IMG/VR virus record: IMGVR_UViG_3300017751_000024
Location: 1-52,776 of that record
From: a virus
Taxonomy: Duplodnaviria > Caudoviricetes
Strand: one strand, 5' to 3'
DNA: 52,776 nt
The notes under the pieces: model-generated
Seen by the model: only the letters and a program-made list of their open reading frames with translations
Database searches by the model: none
What the model was told of the DNA's origin: nothing
Shown here: piece by piece, positions 16,908-25,600 of the stretch
How the letters are laid out: the number at the start of each line of letters is the position of its first letter
Position numbering within the stretch: the first letter of the stretch is position 1
Made by a program: the position numbers and the translations under genes

Positions 16908-16962
16908 CTTAGAAAAGTTACCAGAGAAAATTAAAGAAGCATTAACTAGAGGAGAACAATAA
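16735..16962 (+). CDS. Conserved small post-portal protein, overlapping the portal 3' end
   Basis: Helical W..F.EYL...YRLQGK..LL pattern; AGGA SD; its stop is coupled to the next ATG. Confidence 0.7.
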   Translation: MLDKTLAKKLNPLVNHPQWEGFREYLEHQQALIVKELVAAQSEQVMYRLQGKMNLLDNLEKLPEKIKEALTRGEQ

Positions 16963-17138
16963 TGTTAGATTTATTAGATACAATTTTAAAAATAGTAGGC
17001 GTAGTACCTTGGATAGTTTCAGTCTGTTCAATGATTGCTGCTTTAACACCTACACCACACGATGACAATTTAGTAAGCAAAGCTTACAAAGTTATTGATT
17101 GGTTTGCCCTTAATATAGGAAAAGCCAAGGAGAAATAA
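16962..17138 (+). CDS. Small membrane protein, holin-like (58 aa)
   Basis: Not in track. MLDLLDTILKIVGVVPWIVSVCSMIAALTPTPHDD...FALNIGKAK; GAGGAG SD. Confidence 0.65.
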   Translation: MLDLLDTILKIVGVVPWIVSVCSMIAALTPTPHDDNLVSKAYKVIDWFALNIGKAKEK

Positions 17139-17139
17139 G

Positions 17140-17817
17140 ATGGCAAGTATTTTATCACCAGACGACATACAAGGTTTACCTAACGAAGGACTACAGAAGC
17201 TTGCTAAAGAAGCACCTGAAGTAGTTAAAAGAATGGGTTATGAAGAAGGTGGTGTAGCTATTATGATTGCACCAAAAGGAAAAGAAATGGATGAAGAGAT
17301 GCCTGAAGCAAAACCTTTATCATCTGATGAAGAGATGGAGAACAACTATTTAGATTTTGTTGTAGAAGAATCTCTTTCCGAAGGTGAAGAAAAATACTTA
17401 CTAGAAAAATTAGAACAAGATGACAGACTAAGCATGATTTTTGATAAAGTCATGGAAGTCGCAACAGAATTCGCTGGGTCTGGTGCTGTAGAAGGCCCTG
17501 GCTCAGGAGTCTCTGATTCGATACCTGCAAGGTTATCGGATGGAGAATTTGTCTTTACTGCGAAAGCTGTGCAAGAAATCGGAAGTGACAACCTTCAGAG
17601 AATGATGGAAGAAGCTGAGATGAATGCAGATGCTCCAATGGAAAGACAAGCCAGACGTACTGGTGGGAAAATAGGGTATATGATGGACGATGTTCGTAGG
17701 GACACTTTTGGTTCAACTGACCCTGAAAATATTTACGACCTCAACAGAGCAGAAGTTGAAGATACTGAAAAGAGAATCGCTGATGAGATGATTGCAGGTG
17801 GTATACCTATCAGATAA
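17140..17817 (+). CDS. Acidic head-associated/virion protein
   Basis: GPGSGVSDSIPARLSDGEFVFTAKAV motif, common in phage virion proteins; lies between portal and scaffold. Confidence 0.65.
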   Translation: MASILSPDDIQGLPNEGLQKLAKEAPEVVKRMGYEEGGVAIMIAPKGKEMDEEMPEAKPLSSDEEMENNYLDFVVEESLSEGEEKYLLEKLEQDDRLSMIFDKVMEVATEFAGSGAVEGPGSGVSDSIPARLSDGEFVFTAKAVQEIGSDNLQRMMEEAEMNADAPMERQARRTGGKIGYMMDDVRRDTFGSTDPENIYDLNRAEVEDTEKRIADEMIAGGIPIR

Positions 17818-17824
17818 ATTAACC

Positions 17825-17931
17825 GTAAAGCTACCTACATTACGTCTGTAGCCCTTTACATAAATCACCAGAAAGGCTACCTTTACAACAAGCCCTCTAG
17901 TCGACATAGAGCTACCTTGTAAACAAGCCCT
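17825..17931 (+). promoter_or_regulatory. Triple GCTACCT...AGCCCT structured leader of the scaffold gene
   Basis: Three motif pairs at 17830/17850, 17876/17891 and 17911/17926, ending just before the AAGGAG SD. Confidence 0.6.
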
Positions 17932-17947
17932 GAGTAAGGAGAGAAAA

Positions 17948-18838
17948 ATGGCAACTAAACAAGTCGCACAAAAAGAGGAACAAGCCAATCCTTATAACCA
18001 AAAAAAATCTTGGCATAAACCTGATACAACTAAGTTTGTTTCAGCACATGATAGTTTATTCTTTGAAGAACCTCAGAATAAATTATTTGACAGTAACGAC
18101 ATAACTCAAGCTGAGAATGTTAATACTGAGGAGTTAGAATCTAAAAAACAGGAGATATCAACAGATACTCCTTATCAGAAGGCTGACTGGAAAAAACGTT
18201 ATGATGACATGAAACGTCATTATGACAGTAAACTAGAAGAGTGGAAAACTAAAGAACAAGAGTTGTCACAAGCAGCGAAAGCTCAGTATCAACCTCCAAA
18301 GTCTTTAGAAGAACTTGAACAGTTTAAACAGGAACATCCTGACTTTTATGCAGTTGCAGAAACTGTAGCTCATCTACAAAGCAATGATAGAGTTCAAGAT
18401 TTAGAACAAACTATTGCAGACATGAAGGGTAATGAAGTTAAGATGAAGAAAGGTCAAGCTGAAGTTAGATTGAGAGAAAGACATCCTGATTTTGATGATA
18501 TCAGAAATAGTGATGACTTTCATGGTTGGGCTAAGACACAACCTCAATCTATTCAAGATTGGATTTATAGCAATGCTGAAGATGCTGACTTAGCATCAAG
18601 GGCTTTAGATTTATTTAAAAAGGATTTAGGCATAGAACTTCCGAGTGTGAAGCCTATTTCTCAAAAGCCTGTTCAATCTGCTGCTGATATGGTGTCAACT
18701 AAAACAACAACTGTTGACCCTAAGCAAGAGAGAGTATGGACAGAAAAGGAGATAAATGCTTTGAGCATGGATGAGTTTGATAAATACGAAAGTGAAATAT
18801 CAGAAGCTATGCAACAAGGTAGAATTATCAAAAATTAA
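17948..18838 (+). CDS. Capsid scaffolding protein
   Basis: Charged coiled coil with WKKRYDD, HPDF and C-terminal EI..A..QGRI; directly before the MCP. Confidence 0.85.
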   Translation: MATKQVAQKEEQANPYNQKKSWHKPDTTKFVSAHDSLFFEEPQNKLFDSNDITQAENVNTEELESKKQEISTDTPYQKADWKKRYDDMKRHYDSKLEEWKTKEQELSQAAKAQYQPPKSLEELEQFKQEHPDFYAVAETVAHLQSNDRVQDLEQTIADMKGNEVKMKKGQAEVRLRERHPDFDDIRNSDDFHGWAKTQPQSIQDWIYSNAEDADLASRALDLFKKDLGIELPSVKPISQKPVQSAADMVSTKTTTVDPKQERVWTEKEINALSMDEFDKYESEISEAMQQGRIIKN

Positions 18839-18868
18839 CAATTATTTTAACTTAAAGGAGAAAGTATC

Positions 18869-19843
18869 ATGGCTCAATATTTTGAACCCTCAACAGATAC
18901 CGATGCTAACTTTGCGAACTCCGTAGCAGGACAAAATAATAGTTTCTTTTTACCTTCCGTTTACTCTAGAAAGGTTTTAAACTTTTTCAGAAAAGCGAGT
19001 GTAATTGAAGCTATAACAAACACCGACTATGCTGGTGAAATTTCTGCTTTCGGAGACTCAGTAAAGATTATCAAAGAACCTGTAATCTCAGTATCAGACT
19101 ATACTAGAGGTTCAGACACAACTGCTACTAAGTTGACAGACCAAGAACTAAACCTAGTTGTTGATAGTGCTAAAGCTTTCAAATTCATCGTAGATGATAT
19201 TGAAACTAACATGTCACATGTAAACTTCAAGGAAATTGCATCTTCAAGTGCAGCTTATGCTCTTAAAGATTCATACGATGCTGCTGTGTTAGCATCTATG
19301 TTCGCAGGTATTTCAGCTTCAAGCCCAGACCATATTATTGGTTCTGATAGTGCTACAGCAGATGCAACATTGTCACATGCAACCAATTCAGTCGACCTAT
19401 TAGGTTCTGACGGAACTGGTGTTGATGCATTAGACTTAATGGCTAGAATGGCTAGAAAATTAGACGACCAAAATGTACCTGAAGAAGGTAGATGGTTTGT
19501 CGCAAGCCCAGACTTCTATGAAGAGCTAGGCAAATCTGGTTCTAAGCTATTGTCAGTTGACTTTAACGCAGGTCAAGGTTCTATTAGAAACGGTTTAGTT
19601 TCAAGTGGAAAACTTAGAGGATTTGATATGTACAAATCTAACAATATCGCTGCTACATCAAATGCAAGTGGTAAAGTTATGGCTGGACATATGTCATCCA
19701 CAGCTACTGCTAATACAATCCTTTCAACAGAAGTTATCAGAGACCCTAGTTCTTTTGGTGACATCGTGAGAGGCCTTCATGTTTACGGAGCGAAAGTTCT
19801 TAGACCTGAAGCATTAGTAAGTGCGTTCTACGTTATTGACTAA
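18869..19843 (+). CDS. Major capsid protein (HMO-2011/P22-coat-like)
   Basis: F.P.VYS.KVL..FRK...ITNTDYAGEI...GDSVKIIKEP...DIVRGLHVYGAKVLRPEAL; strong SD; followed by a terminator. Confidence 0.93.
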   Translation: MAQYFEPSTDTDANFANSVAGQNNSFFLPSVYSRKVLNFFRKASVIEAITNTDYAGEISAFGDSVKIIKEPVISVSDYTRGSDTTATKLTDQELNLVVDSAKAFKFIVDDIETNMSHVNFKEIASSSAAYALKDSYDAAVLASMFAGISASSPDHIIGSDSATADATLSHATNSVDLLGSDGTGVDALDLMARMARKLDDQNVPEEGRWFVASPDFYEELGKSGSKLLSVDFNAGQGSIRNGLVSSGKLRGFDMYKSNNIAATSNASGKVMAGHMSSTATANTILSTEVIRDPSSFGDIVRGLHVYGAKVLRPEALVSAFYVID

Positions 19844-19852
19844 TAACTATTC

Positions 19853-19882
19853 GGAGGGGTCTTAATTGACTCCTCCACTTTT
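19853..19882 (+). terminator. Rho-independent terminator after MCP
   Basis: GGAGGGGTC-TTAATT-GACTCCTCC-ACTTTT. Confidence 0.75.
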
Positions 19883-19896
19883 AAGTAGGAAAAATT

Positions 19897-20034
19897 ATGT
19901 ACGGTAAAGATAAGAAAAAGAAAATGATGAAAGGCGGAATGGCTAAGAAGAAGTCTATGTATAAAGACGGTGGAATGGCTAAGAAAAGAATTATGTATAA
20001 AGATGGTGGGATGGCTAAAGCCAAACCTTGCTAA
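19897..20034 (+). CDS. 45-aa basic protein with three [YM]xxGG repeats
   Basis: Not in track. MYGKDKKKKMMKGGMAKKKSMYKDGGMAKKRIMYKDGGMAKAKPC; AGGA SD. Confidence 0.75.
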   Translation: MYGKDKKKKMMKGGMAKKKSMYKDGGMAKKRIMYKDGGMAKAKPC

Positions 20035-20035
20035 A

Positions 20036-20209
20036 ATGAAAGGTGTAAAACACTACAAACGAGACGGTACTGAACATAAAGGCGGTACACATAAAATGCC
20101 TAATGGACATTTACATTCTAACAAGTCTCACACCAAAACAAGTGTAAGACTTTTTCACTTTAAAGATTTAAGTAAGAAAGCAAAACTAAAAGCTAGAGGC
20201 AAGAAGTAA
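20036..20209 (+). CDS. Small His/Lys-rich protein (57 aa)
   Basis: Start revised to ATG 20036; HKMPNG.LHS motif. Confidence 0.7.
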   Translation: MKGVKHYKRDGTEHKGGTHKMPNGHLHSNKSHTKTSVRLFHFKDLSKKAKLKARGKK

Positions 20210-20976
20210 TGGCAACAACCTATTTAGAATTAACAAACCAAGCTTTAAGAGAACTTAATGAAATACCATTAACACCTGTTAATTTTGCAGATGCTGTGGG
20301 TTTACAACAGTTTGTTAAAGATTCTATTAATAGGTCAATTTTTGATATTGCCAATGCAGAACCTCAGTTACCTTTTTTTAGTGCTGGAGTAAGTGGAAGT
20401 ACAGACCCTTTTTATGGAAATGTAACTGTGGCTACTGTAGCAGGACAAAGATGGTACAAATTAAAAGCTAACAGTACAGATATAACAACAGATTTTGCTT
20501 CAATAGATTGGGAAGATTTTTTTATTACGACAGTAGGTGTATCTGGAGAGTCTTCTCCATTTGTGTCTAAAGGATTAAATTTTATTACTTTAGATGAATG
20601 GACTAGATATTATAGAGACCAAGAAAATTTAGATGATGCTGACAGTCAAAAGCATGGTGAACCAAGTAGAGTGTATAGAAGTCCAGATAATAGAAAGTTT
20701 GGATTAAGTCCTATACCTGATAAAGCTTATAACATTCACTTTTATGCTTTTGAAAAACCAGTAGCTTTATCAGCTCACGGAGATACAATAGCTTTTCCAG
20801 ACCAGTATTCAACTGTTATTACTGCTAGAACTAGATATTATGTTTGGCAGTTTAAAGATAGTCCTCAACAAGCAGCTTTTGCTTTGGAAGATTATAAGAA
20901 AGGTTTAAAACAAATGAAATCAAATCTTATGAATCCTCAACCTAAATCTATTACTGATGATAGGACTTACTTTTAA
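20209..20976 (+). CDS. Head-tail adaptor / tail tubular protein A
   Basis: MATTYLELTNQALRELNE N-terminus; size and position after the MCP. Confidence 0.8.
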   Translation: MATTYLELTNQALRELNEIPLTPVNFADAVGLQQFVKDSINRSIFDIANAEPQLPFFSAGVSGSTDPFYGNVTVATVAGQRWYKLKANSTDITTDFASIDWEDFFITTVGVSGESSPFVSKGLNFITLDEWTRYYRDQENLDDADSQKHGEPSRVYRSPDNRKFGLSPIPDKAYNIHFYAFEKPVALSAHGDTIAFPDQYSTVITARTRYYVWQFKDSPQQAAFALEDYKKGLKQMKSNLMNPQPKSITDDRTYF

Positions 20977-22601
20977 TGGCAAACTCACAACCATTTACAG
21001 TAGCTTGCGAAGGTGGATTAATAAAATCTACAAACTCATTAGCTTTATTAAGAACTCCAGGATTTGCTACAAAGCTTAGAAACTTTGAAGTAGGTACAGA
21101 AGGGGGTTATAGACGTGTTAGTGGCTTTACTAGATTTGGTGAAGACAACGCTGTAAATCCTAGCGGCACAGATAAAGTATTAGGATTACAAGTTTATGCA
21201 GACGGAGTCATAGCTTGTGCAGGAGATGGAATATTTTTTAGTCAGGATGGAACTAGCTGGCTACAAATAAATAGAACAGGAGTTTCTGCTAGTGGAGATA
21301 ATTACTCTACATTTACAGGTAGAAGCGTATCAGCTAGAACTAATCAAGGACAATGTACATTTGATATCTTTGAAGGTGCTAGTGATTTTGGTGATGTCTT
21401 AATAGTAGACGGAGCTAATAAACCATTCAGATTTAGAATGGAAGGAACAGGAGTTCTAACAAGTAGAACTTTTATAACAGAAGAGATTACAGTAAGTGGA
21501 ACTGTAGCTCCAAAAGTAGGAACAATACACGACAAACACTTTGTTGTTGCTGGTGATTCTTCTCAAAAGAACGTTATATTCTTTAGTGGAGTCAACGAGA
21601 TAAACAACTTTAGTGCAGCTACGGCAGGTAATATATCTTTAGAAGATGCTGTAGTTGGAATTAAAAGTTTCCGTAATGAATTATTTATATTTTGTAGAGA
21701 AAGTATTCATAAGTTAGTAAATATAAATGATTTAAATACAATAGCTATAGTACCTGTTACAGACAACGTTGGTTGTTTAGATGGACAAAGCATAAAAGAG
21801 ATTGCTGGTGACTTAATATTTTTAGCACCAGATGGTTTCAGAACAGTTGCTGGTACATCAAGAATTGGTGATATTGAGTTAAGTAGTATTAGTAAACAAA
21901 TACAGCCTTTAGTTCAAAAGATAGCAAAAGGAATAAATAACTTTACTATTAGTAGTGTAGTTATAGGAGACAGGTCACAATATAGATTATTTTACGTAGA
22001 TGCAAGTGCAGACACTACATCTAGTTCTAAAGGAATTATAGGAACACTAAGACCAGGTTCTACTTCTAATCCACAAGCAGGATTTCAATGGTCAGAAACA
22101 TTAGGCATTCAATGTCCAGCTATAACAGCAGGGTTTGATAGCCTAGGACGAGAAAAATATTTTCATGGAGATTTACAAGGTAAAGTTTATCTACATGATG
22201 AAGGTAATAGTTTTGATGGCTCAAATGTAATTGCTGAGTACGAAACTCCAAATATTGATTATGGAGACTTAGGAACATTAAAGACTTTACATTTTATAAA
22301 AATATCTTTTGGGCCAGAGGGTGAAGTAACTCCAGTATTGAGAGTTAGATATAATTATGATGACCCTAATCATCCTCAACCAGCAGATTTTATATTAGAT
22401 AGAATACCTCCCCCATCACTATTTGGGGATGCTAAGTTTGGCATTGGAGCAGTTTTTGGTGCTTCAGAAAAACCGTTAGTAAGACAACAACTACAAGGGA
22501 GTGGACATAGTAACATGTTCAGAATCAGAAGTGACGATACAAAGTCTCCATATACAGTAAATGGTTTCTTTGTAGATTACGTACCTTCAGGCAGGAGATA
22601 A
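20976..22601 (+). CDS. Tail nozzle / tubular protein B
   Basis: Beta-rich, with NFEVG..GGYRR and VGC...SI.EI.GDLIFLAPDG.RT; synteny. Confidence 0.8.
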   Translation: MANSQPFTVACEGGLIKSTNSLALLRTPGFATKLRNFEVGTEGGYRRVSGFTRFGEDNAVNPSGTDKVLGLQVYADGVIACAGDGIFFSQDGTSWLQINRTGVSASGDNYSTFTGRSVSARTNQGQCTFDIFEGASDFGDVLIVDGANKPFRFRMEGTGVLTSRTFITEEITVSGTVAPKVGTIHDKHFVVAGDSSQKNVIFFSGVNEINNFSAATAGNISLEDAVVGIKSFRNELFIFCRESIHKLVNINDLNTIAIVPVTDNVGCLDGQSIKEIAGDLIFLAPDGFRTVAGTSRIGDIELSSISKQIQPLVQKIAKGINNFTISSVVIGDRSQYRLFYVDASADTTSSSKGIIGTLRPGSTSNPQAGFQWSETLGIQCPAITAGFDSLGREKYFHGDLQGKVYLHDEGNSFDGSNVIAEYETPNIDYGDLGTLKTLHFIKISFGPEGEVTPVLRVRYNYDDPNHPQPADFILDRIPPPSLFGDAKFGIGAVFGASEKPLVRQQLQGSGHSNMFRIRSDDTKSPYTVNGFFVDYVPSGRR

Positions 22602-22604
22602 AAA

Positions 22605-25600
22605 ATGGCAGGATATATACGACAAAGCACGTTTTCAGATGGCGATACCATCACAGCAGCAATATTTAATAATGAATATAATGGCTTAGCAAATGCTTTT
22701 AGCAATCAAACAGGACATAAGCATGACGGCTCAGCAGCCGAAGGCCCAGTTATAGGCGTTATTGGAGATGCAGGAGTAGTTGCTCCTCTTAATAAAGTAT
22801 TAATAGATACTACAAATGACCACATTGAGTTTTACATAGATGATTCAAGTAGTTCAGTACAGCAAGCTTATATAGGTAATGGAGTTATCGCACCTGTCAC
22901 AGATAGCGACATTGACTTAGGTACTAATGCTTTACGTTTTAAAGATGCTTACATAGATACAATAACTACAACAAGTAATGTTTCTGTAGGTGGAAACCTA
23001 ACTGTTACAGGTACTACTACATTTAATGGAGGAACATTAACATTAGGAGATGCATCATCAGACAATGTTGTTTTTGGTGCAGATGTAGACTCTAGTATTA
23101 TTCCAGATGATGATGATACATATGATTTAGGTTCAGCCACCCAGGAGTGGAGAAATTTATTTATTGACGGTACTGCTAATATTGATAGTTTAGTATTAGG
23201 TAGCGGTGAAACTGTCACAAGTATTCTTGATGAAGACGGATTAACTTCTAATAGTGCTAGTGCTTTAGCGACTCAACAATCTATCAAAGCTTATGTTGAT
23301 GCTCAAGTAACAGCTCAAGACTTAGACTTTCAAGGTGACTCAGGTGGAGCATTATCTATTGATTTAGATAGTGAAACTCTTGACATAGCTGGTGGTACAG
23401 GTATTGACACAACAGGCTCTGGTAATACACTAACAGTTGCTATTGATTCTACTGTAGCCACTTTAACAGGCTCACAAACTTTAACAAACAAAACAATAGA
23501 TGTAGATAACAATACGTTATCTAATATAGAAGTAGATAATCTTAAGTCTGGAGTTTTAGATACAGACATATCTTCAGTAGCAGGAACAGATACAACACTT
23601 GCTTCAGCTAAAGCTATTAAGACTTATGTTGATGCTCAAGTAACAGCTCAAGACTTAGATGCTACTACTGATAGTGGTACAGTTGCAATAGACCTGGATA
23701 GTGAAACATTAACTATTGCAGGTGGAGAAGGTATAGATACTTCAGGTTCTGGCAATACAATTACAATCACAGGTGAACTAGCTACAGAAACAAATGCTGG
23801 TGTTGCTACTTTTGATGGTACTGACTTTACAGTATCTTCAGGAGATGTAACTTTAAATGCAGAAAGAATACAAGATATTACTGGTGCAATGTTCTCAGGA
23901 AATACTGAGACAGGTATTGGAATTACTTATGATGATAGTGATGGAACAATAGATGCAGTAGTTACTTTATCTCCTTTTGATACAGACAATTTATCAGAAG
24001 GCTCAAGTAATTTATATTATACAGATGCTAGAGTAAGAAGTCATATCACAGGTTCGGAATTAGATATGGGCGGTAATAAAGTATTATTTGCTAATGTTTA
24101 TTCTAATGAAGCTGATTTACCAAGTGCATCAACATATCACGGTATGTTTGCACATGTCCATGCAACAGGTAAAGGTTACTTTGCACATGGAGGTGCATGG
24201 CATAAATTATTAGATGAAACATCTTCTGATACTGGCGATTTATCAGAAGGTAGTAATTTATATTATACAAATGCAAGAGCAGATGCAAGGATAGCAGCAG
24301 CTACAACAGATGACCTTTCAGAAGGTTCAAGTAATTTATACCATACAACAGAAAGAGTACAAGACATAGTAGGTGCTATGGTTGCTTCTAATACTGAAAG
24401 TGGTATGAGTGTAACTTATGATGATAGTGATGGTACTCTAGATTTCAATGCAGATGATTTTACAATTACATTAGGTGGAGATTTATCTGGTAATGTAACT
24501 ATTACAGATTTAGCAAATGGAACATTAGATGCAACTATAGTAGCTAATTCAGTTGCTCTTGGAACAGATACAACAGGAAATTATGTTGATAGTTTAGTTG
24601 CAGGGACTGGTGTTACTCTAAGTAATAATTCAGGCGAAGGTGCTACACCTACAGTAGCTATTGGACAAGCAGTAGCAACAAATTCAAATGTAAACTTTGG
24701 TTCGGTTACAACTACAGGTAATGCTACCGTAGGAGGAAATTTAGTTGTAAACGGAACTACAACTACTCTTAATACTGCTACATTAGATGTTGAAGATAAT
24801 AACATAACACTTAACAAAGGTTCAGGAGATACATCAGGTTCAGCAGACGGTGCAGGTCTTACAATTCAAGATGCTGTAAATTCTTCTACAGATGCAACTA
24901 TAGCCTGGAATGCAACTAATGATAACTTTGTGTTTTCACATGAAGTTGTTGCTCCAAGTTTAGATATATCAGGTAATGTAGATATTGACGGAACACTAGA
25001 AACAGATGCCTTAACTATTAACGGTACAGCTTCAGTTCCTTTTGAATCTGCTGACCACAATAAATTAGATGGCATAGAGGCTAATGCAACAGCAGACCAA
25101 ACTGCTTCTGAGATTAGAACATTAGTTGAAGCAGCAACAGACTCTAATGTCTTCACAGATGCTGACCATACTAAACTAAATGGAATAGAAGATAATGCTA
25201 CAGCAGACCAAACAAATGCTGAGATTAAAACTGCATACGAAGCTAATTCAAATACAAATGCATTTACAGATGCTTCAGTAACTAAACTTAGTAACATAGA
25301 GACTGGTGCGACAGCAGACCAAACAGATGCAGAAATAAGAACTGCAATAGAGTCAGCTACAGATTCAAATGTATTTACTGATGCAGACCATACTAAACTT
25401 AATGCTATTGAAGCAAATGCTACAGCCGACCAAACAGATGAAGAAATACAAGATATAGTAGGTGGAATGCTTGATAGTAATACTGAGACAGGTATTACAG
25501 TTACATATCAAGATAGTGACGGAACAATAGACTTTGTTGTAGCATCACAAACAGATGAAAACTTTACAACTGCTGACCATTCTAAATTAGATGGTATAGA

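Noticed and set aside
19970-20035. Track start of the 79-aa ORF at 19970
   Set aside because: This stretch belongs to the 45-aa YxxGG gene in another frame; the likely start is ATG 20036.
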